From positions 86,492 through 150,491 of the forward strand of contig JAPPGF010000009.1 in the NCBI GenBank assembly GCA_028875075.1: DNA of 64,000 nucleotides, given 5' to 3'. Below the pieces are notes generated by a model. The model did not search any database, was not told the DNA's origin, and saw only the letters and a list, made by a program, of their open reading frames with translations. Both the position numbers and the translations under genes were made by a program. The DNA is from Gemmatimonadota bacterium. Its GTDB lineage: Bacteria; Gemmatimonadota; Gemmatimonadetes; Longimicrobiales; Gaopeijiaceae. Of this stretch, positions 19,315 to 27,704 are shown piece after piece; within the stretch, counting starts at the first letter, position 1; every line of letters begins with the position of its first letter.

Positions 19315-19863
19315 CTAAGGCGTAGTCTTGGCCGGCGTGTGCTGCGCCATGCGCTCCTGCATCCGGCGGGTGAGATGCGGAACCAGACCGATCATGCGCT
19401 GAATCAGCATGAGTTGACCACGGTGGTGCATCTCGTGCTCCTTCGCCGACATGAGCATCTCGAAACGCGTCTTGGTCGCCGGCTCCGCGCCGGGGGGCAT
19501 CACGACGGGTTCCGCAAGAAACTCATCCGACAGGCCCTCGAGGAACGACGCGAAGGCCTCTCCGCGTGACTCGAGGTAGGCGATCGTTTCTGCCTTCGTC
19601 CGCGGCTTGGCCTCTTCCGCGCTGAACTCCTGGGCCAGCTCCCCGAAGTTCACGTCCTTGAGGTCGGTGACCCTGTTGCGCTGGATATGGTCCTGGAACC
19701 CGGTGCTCACCGCGATGTGGGCCAGGATGGCGCCGATGCTGCGCGTGTCGGGACTCGCCTGGAATCCGTACTTGTCCTCCGGAATGTCCTCGGCGGTCTG
19801 AATGGTGTTGCCGCGAACCTGGCGAAAGCTTCGGGCCAGGTCCTTGCCTCCATAGTAGGTCAT
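19315..19863 (-). CDS. DinB-family protein
   Basis: DinB helices with conserved His (IGAILAHIAVS, EHEMHHRGQLMLIQRM). Confidence 0.8.
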   Translation of the reverse strand: MTYYGGKDLARSFRQVRGNTIQTAEDIPEDKYGFQASPDTRSIGAILAHIAVSTGFQDHIQRNRVTDLKDVNFGELAQEFSAEEAKPRTKAETIAYLESRGEAFASFLEGLSDEFLAEPVVMPPGAEPATKTRFEMLMSAKEHEMHHRGQLMLIQRMIGLVPHLTRRMQERMAQHTPAKTTP

Positions 19864-20229
19864 TATCGTGTCTCCTCCGTTTCGATATCGAGACCTGTTC
19901 GAGCCGGCTCGACAGCAGTCGCTGCCGGTTCGGCTCGATGTGCCGCTGCTCGTCGTGGCTGCTGCCCGTCATTGCCGGGCACCATAATAGCCCGGAACTG
20001 CCCGGCGAGGGCAGCCCTCGAGAGGTGACTGCCAACCGGCCATGAGCCAGCGCCTTGGCGAATTGGTCGGGCTCAGGGCCGCAGGCCGCGCACCGGGCTC
20101 GTCAGGTCCTGTCCGGCCTCTGGACGGCCCGCAAAGGAGCAGTCCGGTACGAACGTGGTCCGAGATCGAGGTCGGGGCACTGGCTCTCCCCACACCCCTC
20201 ACCGGCTCTAGCCGGCCCGACAGGCAGAC

Positions 20230-20258
20230 TTGACATGCTATGACTAGAATTATATAGT
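20230..20258 (+). promoter_or_regulatory. Sigma-70-type promoter of the padR-like operon
   Basis: TTGACA (20230-20235), a 17-nt spacer, then TATAGT (20253-20258). It sits in an AT-rich island about 27 nt upstream of the ATG. Confidence 0.5.
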
Positions 20259-20283
20259 TGCTATATCATGACTGATATAGCAA
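20258..20283. promoter_or_regulatory. Perfect 10-bp inverted repeat, candidate PadR operator
   Basis: TTGCTATATC (20258-20267), spacer ATGACT, GATATAGCAA (20274-20283). It spans from the last base of the -10 box to 1 nt before the ATG at 20285. Confidence 0.55.
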
Positions 20284-20284
20284 T

Positions 20285-20899
20285 ATGAGCCTCGATCACA
20301 TCCTCCTCGGCCTGCTCCGCGATCCGGCCACCGGGTACGATCTCAAGAACACGTTCAGCGAGAGCGTTCGACACTTCTGGTCCGCGGAGCTCAGCCAGAT
20401 CTACCCGACGCTCAAGCGTCTCGAGCAGCGCCAGATGCTGCGGAGCCGCCTCGAGCCGTCCCCGAAGGGGCCGAACCGCCGCGTCTACACGCTGACCGCG
20501 GAGGGACGGGCGGAGCTGCTGCGTTGGCTCGGCAGCGGTCCCGTGGTCGGCACGGAGCGTTTTGCCTACCTCGCCCAGCTCTACTTCATGGACGCCATCG
20601 GCGACGTCCACCAGACGCGCGCATTCATGACGGCGCTCCGGGCCCACCTGAGCCGCTGGCTGGCCCAACTCCAGGCGGTGGAACGTCAGGTGGTCGCCAT
20701 GCACGGCGACGCGCCGGAACGCTACAGCGACGCGGGCTTCCACCGCTTCGCCACGCTCCGGATGGGCATTCATTCCATCGGGTCCAAGGTGACCTGGTGC
20801 GACGAGACCCTGGCGGCGATCGACCGGAGGCTCCAGTCCGCGCTCCCAGCGGGAGCGGCGGGTCCCGAGCCGGAGCGCCCAGCGGACTCTCCGTCATGA
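20285..20899 (+). CDS. PadR-family transcriptional regulator
   Basis: LLGLLRDPATGYDLKNTF...WSAELSQIYPTLKRLEQRQMLRS...RRVYTLTAEGRAEL (PadR winged helix), plus a C-terminal dimerisation-type extension. Confidence 0.85.
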   Translation: MSLDHILLGLLRDPATGYDLKNTFSESVRHFWSAELSQIYPTLKRLEQRQMLRSRLEPSPKGPNRRVYTLTAEGRAELLRWLGSGPVVGTERFAYLAQLYFMDAIGDVHQTRAFMTALRAHLSRWLAQLQAVERQVVAMHGDAPERYSDAGFHRFATLRMGIHSIGSKVTWCDETLAAIDRRLQSALPAGAAGPEPERPADSPS

Positions 20900-21642
20900 C
20901 CGTCGCGGCCCTGCTGTTCGACGCACTCATCGCCGTGCACGTCGCGACGGGCTTCGTTGGCCTGGCGGCGTTCTGGGTCCCCGTCTTCGCTCGCAAGGGC
21001 GGCCGCAGGCACGTCACCGCCGGCCGCGTCTACACCTACTGCGCCTACGTGGTGACCCTGTCGGCGCTCACCGCGGCGACCGGACGGGCGGTCTCCTACC
21101 GGGTCGGCGGGATCAGCCTCGCGGACCGGCCCGACCTCTACGGCTTCTCGCTGTTCCTGGGCTATCTCGGGGTCGTGACGTTCGCCACGGTACGGCAAGC
21201 GATACGGGTCGTGGCGACGCGCAGGGCGCCGGAGACGCTCAGGACCCCGTTCCACGAGGCGCTCGGCTGGGCATCAATCACGGGGAGCCTGGCCGTCATC
21301 GCGTTTGCGCTGGGGGTGTGGTCGGACATCTCTCCCGTCCTGCTGGGGCTGAGTCCCATCGGTCTCTTCACGGGGACCGGCATGCTGCGGCTGATGCGCG
21401 ACCCGGGGGCGCGGCACATGAGCTGGTTCTACAGCCACCTGGGCTCGATGCTCGGCGGCGGCATCGCCTTCCACACTGCTTTCTTCGTGTTCGGGGCGCA
21501 GCGACTGTGGGCCTACGACCTCGCCGGGCCACTCGCCGTTGTGCCATGGATCCTGCCGACGGTCGTCGGCATCCCGGCCATCGTCCTCTGGACCAGGTAC
21601 TACCGGAGGAGGTTCAGCCGCCGCGCTCCGGCCACGGCCTGA
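20896..21642 (+). CDS. Integral membrane protein (about 6 TM), translationally coupled to padR
   Basis: The ATG at 20896 overlaps the padR TGA (ATGA). Hydrophobic helices run throughout (LLFDALIAVHVATGFVGLAAFWV, ...). Confidence 0.7.
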   Translation: MTVAALLFDALIAVHVATGFVGLAAFWVPVFARKGGRRHVTAGRVYTYCAYVVTLSALTAATGRAVSYRVGGISLADRPDLYGFSLFLGYLGVVTFATVRQAIRVVATRRAPETLRTPFHEALGWASITGSLAVIAFALGVWSDISPVLLGLSPIGLFTGTGMLRLMRDPGARHMSWFYSHLGSMLGGGIAFHTAFFVFGAQRLWAYDLAGPLAVVPWILPTVVGIPAIVLWTRYYRRRFSRRAPATA

Positions 21643-21674
21643 GCGCAGTCCCGGCCAGCGCACGGCCGGGTCGA
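21617..21674 (+). repeat. Direct repeat copy 1 (58 bp, 55/58 identical to 26740-26797)
   Basis: GCCGCCGCGCTCCGGCCACGGCCTGAGCGCAGTCCCGGCCAGCGCACGGCCGGGTCGA. It covers the last 26 nt (including the stop) of the membrane-protein gene plus a 7-bp GC hairpin (21650-21670). Confidence 0.9.
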
Positions 21675-21800
21675 CCCCCGGTTCGTCAGGTGCGGCGGCG
21701 GCCCCCACCGGTCGAGTCGGACGACCGGCGCCGTCACGTTGTCGCGGCCTCGGCGGGGCGCGTCGGCCACGGCGTGCTGGCCAGGCTGTAGATTGGGTGT

Positions 21801-22406
21801 GTGATGCCCGTCCCGATGACCGACCGATTCGACCGCGCCCTCGTCTTCGCCTCCGAGCTACACCGGCAGCAGCGGCGGAGAGGCTCCGAAGTTCCCTACG
21901 TTGCGCACCTGCTCGCCGTGGCGGCGATCGTGATGGAACACGGCGGCGACGAGGACGAAGCCGTCGCCGCGCTGCTCCACGACGCCATCGAGGACCAGGG
22001 GGGCCGGGAGACACGGGACGAGATCCGCAGACGCTTCGGCGAGCGCGTGACCACGATCGTCGAAGCCTGCACGGACTCCTGGACGGTTCCGAAACCCCCG
22101 TGGGAGAGCAGGAAGAGGGCCTACCTCGAGCGGCTCGCGACAGGATCGGTGTCGGCCCGACTCGTCAGCGCCGCCGACAAGCTCCACAACGCGCGGAGTG
22201 TCCTCGGCGACTACCGGAATGTGGGCGAGCAGTTGTGGCAACGCTTCGAGGGGCGCAGGGAAGGGACCCTGTGGTACTATCGCTCGGTGGTCGACGCCCT
22301 CGCCCGATCGGGCCGGACGCCGCTCGTCGACGAATTGGAACGGGTCGTGAGCGAGATCGAACGCCTTGCGGGCGCCCGGGACCGGGGCGGGGAAGGCCGG
22401 GGGTGA
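21801..22406 (+). CDS. Stand-alone HD-domain phosphohydrolase, RelA/SpoT-hydrolase-like (small alarmone hydrolase-like)
   Basis: [32 protein letters not shown]...[12 protein letters not shown]...[10 protein letters not shown], about 200 aa with no synthetase domain. Starts possible at GTG 21801, ATG 21804 or ATG 21816. Confidence 0.8.
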   Translation: MMPVPMTDRFDRALVFASELHRQQRRRGSEVPYVAHLLAVAAIVMEHGGDEDEAVAALLHDAIEDQGGRETRDEIRRRFGERVTTIVEACTDSWTVPKPPWESRKRAYLERLATGSVSARLVSAADKLHNARSVLGDYRNVGEQLWQRFEGRREGTLWYYRSVVDALARSGRTPLVDELERVVSEIERLAGARDRGGEGRG

Positions 22407-22497
22407 GGCTCGCGACGCGTCGGGCCGAGAGCGAGCGGGCGGGGGTTCCGTGAGCCGGCCCCCGCAAGGGGAGTCGTTCGTGGGCGTTCGGGACAGG

Positions 22498-23022
22498 ATG
22501 GCCGTCACCGTAGGCGACATCACGGCGCTGAAGATCGATGCCGTCGTCAACGCGGCCAACAACACGCTGCTCGGCGGCGGCGGGGTCGACGGCGCCATCC
22601 ACCGGGCCGCGGGCCCGGAACTGCTCCGCGAGTGCCGCACGCTCGGCGGATGCACGAGCGGCGACGCGAAGATCACGGGCGGCTACCGGCTGGCTGCCAA
22701 GCACGTCATCCACACCGTGGGTCCCGTCTGGGGCGGAGGCGGGGGCGACGAGGACCGCCTGCTCGCGAGCTGCTACCGCCGGAGCCTGGAGGTCGCAGCC
22801 GCGAACGGGCTCACTACCGTCGCCTTTCCAGCTATATCCACGGGGGCGTACGGCTTTCCGGCCGACAGGGCGGCAAAGATCGCGGTAGGGGCGGTGGCCG
22901 CTTTCCTGAAGGCAGATAGCGCCATCGACCACGTCGTGTTCTGCTGTTTCGCCGAGCCGTCGGCCGCGCTCCACCGTGCGGCCATCGGGTGCCTGCGGGA
23001 GGGACGACGTATGAGCACCTGA
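22498..23022 (+). CDS. Macrodomain protein (MacroD/YmdB-like ADP-ribose hydrolase)
   Basis: [67 protein letters not shown]. Confidence 0.85.
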   Translation: MAVTVGDITALKIDAVVNAANNTLLGGGGVDGAIHRAAGPELLRECRTLGGCTSGDAKITGGYRLAAKHVIHTVGPVWGGGGGDEDRLLASCYRRSLEVAAANGLTTVAFPAISTGAYGFPADRAAKIAVGAVAAFLKADSAIDHVVFCCFAEPSAALHRAAIGCLREGRRMST

Positions 23023-23108
23023 GGGTGAGGGGAAGAGCCAGCTCGTACGAGTCCGTCTCGGACATCGGCTTGGCAGCATCGGTAGTCCGCACATCAGCCC
23101 CGACAGGA

Positions 23109-23642
23109 ATGCGTCAAATGGATGACACCGCGAAACGAGGCGGCGGCCCGCTCGACGAACTCGTCCGCTCCTTCTACGAAGCCCGCCGCACGGCCCGCCT
23201 GACGGGTGACTTGACACCGCTCAACGGGTTCATCGCACGCGACGTGCGTTGGACCGAGCCCGACGTGGGCGCGGACATGGGCCTCCTTCGGGGAAGGCGC
23301 GCCGTGCTGGAAATGATCCGGCGCGCACTCGATGCCACCGGCGGAAGCTTCGACCTACGTGTCAGATCGACCGTCGAGACGCGCAACCATGTTGCCGCGT
23401 CGATCGCCTGGTCGGCGGCCAAGGACGGTCGCAGCATCGAGGGACAGGAGCTCGCCGTCTACGAGGTGCGGGGAGGGTTCATCGTGGCGGCCTGGTTTCA
23501 CCCTGAGGACATTGCGGACGACCGGGCGTTCTGGGGGGAAGACGGTCCCGCTCCGCCTTCAGGCGCACCACCGGTGCCCCAGGCACGGCCAGGGCGGGTC
23601 GCCCCGAACGAACGTCGGGCTCAACCGTCGGCCCCGGGATAG
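23109..23642 (+). CDS. SnoaL/NTF2-like fold protein
   Basis: LVRSFYEA...VRWTEP...FDLRVRSTVETRNHVAASIAWSA...AVYEVRGGFIVAAWFH shows an alpha+beta barrel pattern. The C-terminal tail is low-complexity. Confidence 0.6.
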   Translation: MRQMDDTAKRGGGPLDELVRSFYEARRTARLTGDLTPLNGFIARDVRWTEPDVGADMGLLRGRRAVLEMIRRALDATGGSFDLRVRSTVETRNHVAASIAWSAAKDGRSIEGQELAVYEVRGGFIVAAWFHPEDIADDRAFWGEDGPAPPSGAPPVPQARPGRVAPNERRAQPSAPG

Positions 23643-23941
23643 GGGGCCCGGCCCGGGTCGATCCTTCGCCGCTGGGCCTTCTCGCGTTTCCGGCGCCTGC
23701 GCGCTTCCCGCGGGCTCTCTCCGGCCAAGCGCTCCACGACCTCGACCGCGCCCATGCAGACGAGCCCGCCGATGCGCACGACGGGACCGTCGCTGGCGGG
23801 CGGCCCCGCGCGCTCGGGCGTTGCGACTCCGCCCATGAGGGCGATCCCTCCCCACTCCACGCCGACACCCGGCGGGACGATGACGGTCACGTTGGCCATG
23901 AGCACGCCGACCCTCAATTGGATCTCGGGCGCCGTGAACAC
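23621..23941 (-). pseudogene. LiaF/DUF2154-like C-terminal domain fragment without a proper N-terminus
   Basis: GSLELDFREAVFTAPEIQLRVGVLMANVTVIVPPGVGVEWGGIALMGG. The similarity begins exactly at the stop of the upstream PLP-enzyme gene (23977), where the codon is GTA. The first usable starts are GTG 23941 and ATG 23899. Confidence 0.3.
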
Positions 23942-23973
23942 GGCCTCGCGGAAGTCCAGCTCGAGGCTTCCGG

Positions 23974-25203
23974 CTACCCCAGCACCCGCTGCAGATCCTC
24001 GCAGAGGTCTGCCGGATCCTCCAGCCCGACCGACATGCAGAAGATCCCGTCGCCAGCGTAGTCCCGGTAGCTCTCGAGTTGCGCGTCCCCGAGCCGGAAC
24101 GAGGTCTCCATCAGCGAGGGCGTGTCCATCCAGAAGACGAGGCTGCGGTGGTGCCCGAGCGAGACCGCGTAGTGGATCACCCGCAGCTCCCGGGCCATCC
24201 TCTCCGCCAGCTCCGGTCCGTCGTCGGCCTGGAAGGTGAGCATGCCGGAGAAGTTCTCCATCTGGCGCCGCGCCAGCTCGTGCTGTGGATGCGACTGCAG
24301 GCCGGGGTAGATGACCCGCGTCACGCGAGGATGGCCCTCCAGGAAGCGCGCCACCGCCAGCGCGTTCTCTTCGTGGGCCTTCATGCGGATCGGCAGGGTG
24401 GCCGCGCCGCGCATGATCAGCCACGCGTTGAAGGGGGACAGGACGCCACCGTAGTGGATCCCCGCCTCCAGCCGCAGGGCGCCAATGTCCTGCCTCGTGC
24501 CAAGCACCGCGCCGCCCACCGCGTCGCCGTGACCGCCTATGTACTTGGTGAGCGAGTGCATGACATAGTCGGCTCCCAGCTCTAGCGGACGGGTCGCCAC
24601 TGGCGTGGCGAAGGTGGAATCGACCGCCACGCGGATCCGGGGATGCCCGGAGGCGATGGCCGCCACTTCGCGCAGGTCCGTGAGACGCATGATCGGGTTG
24701 GCCGGCGTCTCCAGCCAGATCAGCCGGGTTTCCGGCCGGATCGCGGCCTCCACATTGCGCGGATCGGAGGTGTCGACGAACGTGGCGCCGATCCGCATCC
24801 GCGGCAGCGTGTCGCGCCCCAGCTCCGCCACCCCGGCGTAGTTGGTGTCGGACATGACGACGTGGTCGCCGCTTCCCAGCAACGAGAAGAGCACACCCGT
24901 CGCCGCGGCCATTCCCGACCCGAAGCAGAGACAGGCCTCGGCGCCCTCCAGCGCGCACAGCTTCGCTTCGAGTTGCGCCACGGTCGGGTTCGACCAGCGC
25001 GTGTAGAGAAAGCCCGACTCCTCGTCGAGGTCGTGCGCCGAGAAGCCGGCGGCGTCCTGCGTTACGAAGGTCGAGGACATGACTAGGTTGGGCGCCGAGG
25101 CCCCGGTGGCCGGGTCGGGTGATTCGCCCGCGTGGACGGCGGCTGTGCGGAGGCGGGTGGTGGGTGGCTTCAACGCTGTTTTCTCGTTTTGCGGGGACGA
25201 CAC
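23974..25203 (-). CDS. Cys/Met-metabolism PLP enzyme (cystathionine gamma-synthase / methionine gamma-lyase family)
   Basis: YTRWSNPTV, GSGMAAA, VDSTFATP, HSLTKYIGGHGD (PLP lysine), SPFNAWL. GTG start. Confidence 0.85.
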   Translation of the reverse strand: MSSPQNEKTALKPPTTRLRTAAVHAGESPDPATGASAPNLVMSSTFVTQDAAGFSAHDLDEESGFLYTRWSNPTVAQLEAKLCALEGAEACLCFGSGMAAATGVLFSLLGSGDHVVMSDTNYAGVAELGRDTLPRMRIGATFVDTSDPRNVEAAIRPETRLIWLETPANPIMRLTDLREVAAIASGHPRIRVAVDSTFATPVATRPLELGADYVMHSLTKYIGGHGDAVGGAVLGTRQDIGALRLEAGIHYGGVLSPFNAWLIMRGAATLPIRMKAHEENALAVARFLEGHPRVTRVIYPGLQSHPQHELARRQMENFSGMLTFQADDGPELAERMARELRVIHYAVSLGHHRSLVFWMDTPSLMETSFRLGDAQLESYRDYAGDGIFCMSVGLEDPADLCEDLQRVLG

Positions 25204-25291
25204 TCCGGACGGCGAATGATAAGGTTACTGGTTGCTGCCCGCCCGGCGCCCCATCCAGCAAGGACGGGGCCGCTCGAAAGAGGAGGGCAAC

Positions 25292-25618
25292 GTGTACCGC
25301 CCCGGCTATATCGGCATCGGCAGGTACTGGATCGTCGCCGAACTTGAGGCCATGCAGTACTGGGAGCGCTGTGCTCTCGGGGCTGTGCAGCGTACGCTCC
25401 AGACGCCCCTCCGGACAGACGCGAGGAGCGTTTCAGGACTTCGGGAGACTATCGCGCCGACGCTCGTGGATTCCAATCTCTTTCTGGCTTCTTCGCGCGA
25501 GACGCCGAGATGGATAAAGAAGCTAAGGATGGAGAGCAGTCCGGCACTCCCGGTTCCTCGCGACCTGCCGGCGCGCCGTCTGCGCGGACGCGAAGCTCGG
25601 CAGCCTGCGCCTGCATGA
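25292..25618 (+). CDS. Hypothetical small protein (weak call)
   Basis: GTG 25292 lies 5 nt after AGGAGGG. The first about 30 codons (VYRPGYIGIGRYWIVAELEAMQYWERC) have strong GC3 bias, and the remainder is less convincing. Confidence 0.25.
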   Translation: MYRPGYIGIGRYWIVAELEAMQYWERCALGAVQRTLQTPLRTDARSVSGLRETIAPTLVDSNLFLASSRETPRWIKKLRMESSPALPVPRDLPARRLRGREARQPAPA

Positions 25619-25619
25619 C

Positions 25620-25872
25620 CTACGCCATACCGCCGCAAGCCAAGCGGCTATGTCGGGCGAAGGTCTGCCGCTCGTCGGCCAGCTCCTCGGGAATGACCGG
25701 CATCGCACCACGGCGGGCCACGCCCACCCTGCCGATGCGCACCTTGTCGAAGCGGCGCAGAAGATCGGAGCAATCATCGCCATTGCGATGACGAGTCAAC
25801 GCCCACGACCGATAACGCATCGACAATAGCACCGCAGCGCTCCGGGTCGCGGAGCACGCGGACAGCGTGCAT
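25620..25872 (-). pseudogene. Frameshifted remnant resembling a cobalamin (B12)-binding domain C-terminus
   Basis: Two frames read ...PERCGAIVDALSVVGVDSS and ...CSDLLRRFDKVRIGRVGVARRGAMPVIPEELADE. Compare the mutase small-domain pattern DVIGvSSL...lv..L...G..di.vvvGGvIPeeD. There is no intact ORF. Confidence 0.3.
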
Positions 25873-26513
25873 CAGTCCGGCGCGACCGTGTCGCCCGTGT
25901 AAAAGGCCGCCGTGCGCTGCGCCGCTGCGCGCGCAACGTCGGGGTCCGTTCCCGCTGCCTCGGCCGCCCGGCCCCACGCCGCGCTGCTTCCGACGATGAG
26001 CGCCTTTCCGTCACGAGTCGTGTGGAACGTTGCCCCGTCCAACTTGGGTTCGTTCGGCCGCGTGAGATGCAGTTCCATCCCCAGCAAGCCCATCTCCCAA
26101 CCTACGCCGACGGCACCGGGACCGAACTTGTGCCAGTGGTCCGACACCAGCGCGGTATGCGTAATCGCAAGGCGCGAGCGGCCGGTACCATCGTTGCACA
26201 GACGCGCCTCCACCCAGCTCACGTCACCGCCGAACTCCCACGTCAGCCCGAGATGCGAGGGACGCTCGCAGTGCCTGATCGTGCCGCCTGCGTTTCCCTC
26301 CAGTTGGTAGCGACCGCCGAGTTCGAGGCGGCCGCTGACTGGCAGGAACCAGCGTGGGATTCGTTCCGCGCTCGTCACGGCGTCCCAGAGGTCCTCCACT
26401 GTCGTCGCGTAGCTGCGGGCGAGGGTGACCGCGCGAGCGGCCTGTCCGTCACGCTCCAGGGACGACACCGTGCGCTCCACGGCGCCGAGGAGGCGTTCAA
26501 CATCCAGGTCCAT
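25872..26513 (-). CDS. SRPBCC/AHSA1-like fold protein
   Basis: VTLARSYATTVEDLWDAVTSAERIPRWFLPVSGRLELGGRYQLEG...LGLTWEFGGDVSWVEARL. Confidence 0.7.
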   Translation of the reverse strand: MDLDVERLLGAVERTVSSLERDGQAARAVTLARSYATTVEDLWDAVTSAERIPRWFLPVSGRLELGGRYQLEGNAGGTIRHCERPSHLGLTWEFGGDVSWVEARLCNDGTGRSRLAITHTALVSDHWHKFGPGAVGVGWEMGLLGMELHLTRPNEPKLDGATFHTTRDGKALIVGSSAAWGRAAEAAGTDPDVARAAAQRTAAFYTGDTVAPD

Positions 26514-26739
26514 GGCTTCTCCGTTTCGTCAAGCAGGCGACTATCCAAGTACATGCCGCTTCGTACAGCCAATCAAGCCGCGTGGACGCTAGCTCGGACT
26601 GCCCACTAGATCGCAGACCGTCCGAAACTAGCAAGTCGGAAGCCGGCCCAATGGCGACACGCCTCGACGAGCACGAGCGCCGACAGCAGGGTCTTCTCGC
26701 CGTGATTCGCGCGTCTGGTGCTTCGACTACGCGACAAAT

Positions 26740-26797
26740 GCCGCCGCGCTCCGGCCACGGCCTGAGCTCAGCCCCGGCCAGCGCACGGCCGGCTCGA
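26740..26797 (+). repeat. Direct repeat copy 2 (58 bp)
   Basis: GCCGCCGCGCTCCGGCCACGGCCTGAGCTCAGCCCCGGCCAGCGCACGGCCGGCTCGA, located in an intergenic region. Confidence 0.9.
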
Positions 26798-26848
26798 GGC
26801 GAGCGGCACCGCCCCGTGACCCGGGGCGTCGTCTCCGCCGGCTGACTC

Positions 26849-27367
26849 CTAGCGGTCCCGTCGCTCAAGACGATCACGGGCACTGGCCAGCTCGTTCCAG
26901 CCCTTTGGAGTCGTCTCGGCTCGAACACGTTTGCCATCTTGGAACTCGACCCCGAACACGACCTTCGTCGTCGGGCCGACTGAACCCCAACCTAGAGCCT
27001 TCCCGAGACGGCTCGTTACCAGACCCAAGACGAATCCGGCGGCTCCAAGACCCAGTGAGCCGACAAGCCCCGCACCCGCAAGGAGCCCGACGAACAGGCC
27101 GACCAGAGCACAAACGGAGCCCGCCGCGCTTCCCCCCGCCTCTTCGCTGGGCTGCTCGGAAATCCAGCGCAGTTCGGCGACATCGCTGAGACGGTAGTGT
27201 ACATATTTGTCCGTTCCGTCCCCGGCGCCCGGATCCGGGTTCCTGAAGGAAAACCGATCTTTCCTGAAGAACATCTGTGCGTCGCCACGTTCAGGCTTAA
27301 GGTCGCCTTCAAGTATTTTCGCTACCAATCGTATTCCTCCTGGCGGCTGCCCGTCCCCGAGAGTCAT
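26849..27367 (-). CDS. Hypothetical membrane protein with glycine-zipper TM segment
   Basis: Locally lower GC. Soluble N-part (FFRKDRFSFRNPDPG...YVHYRLSDVAELRWI), Gly-rich TM (ALVGLFVGLLAGAGLVGSLGLGAAGFVLGLV) and a short C-domain. Start at ATG 27367 or ATG 27418. Confidence 0.5.
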   Translation of the reverse strand: MTLGDGQPPGGIRLVAKILEGDLKPERGDAQMFFRKDRFSFRNPDPGAGDGTDKYVHYRLSDVAELRWISEQPSEEAGGSAAGSVCALVGLFVGLLAGAGLVGSLGLGAAGFVLGLVTSRLGKALGWGSVGPTTKVVFGVEFQDGKRVRAETTPKGWNELASARDRLERRDR

Positions 27368-27490
27368 CCCCGGCTTCACGCCGAAATCGAGCCTGCAGGC
27401 GACGGGCGCGGCAGTCACGGGACGGCCGGCCCACGCGAGGTCGGGTCTCGCGAGGGCGCTGCGGCCCTATGTGGCCAGCGGCACGAGCCT

Positions 27491-27600
27491 CTAGTCGCGT
27501 ATCCTCGCGTCGTGAGTCACGAGGGGAATCCCGTGCACCACGCTGGTCACGGCGATGATCTCGTCGGCCGGATCACCCCGAAAGGGTCGAGGCGCGGGCC
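27491..27600 (-). pseudogene. Orphan PIN-domain C-terminal fragment
   Basis: ...FRGDPADEIIAVTSVVHGIPLVTHDARIRD* matches the C-terminal h.RDPfDR.l.AqA...g..lvT.D block of VapC-type PIN proteins. The upstream part of the frame is not PIN-like, and there is no antitoxin. Confidence 0.45.
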
Positions 27601-27704
27601 ACCGCCAGGTTGATCGGCCACGCCTGGAAGGGGCCTGCCCATGCCAGCTCGCTCGGGAACGGAGCTGCCGATTCGACTCGCTTGCACACGCCGCACCGGG
27701 TCTG

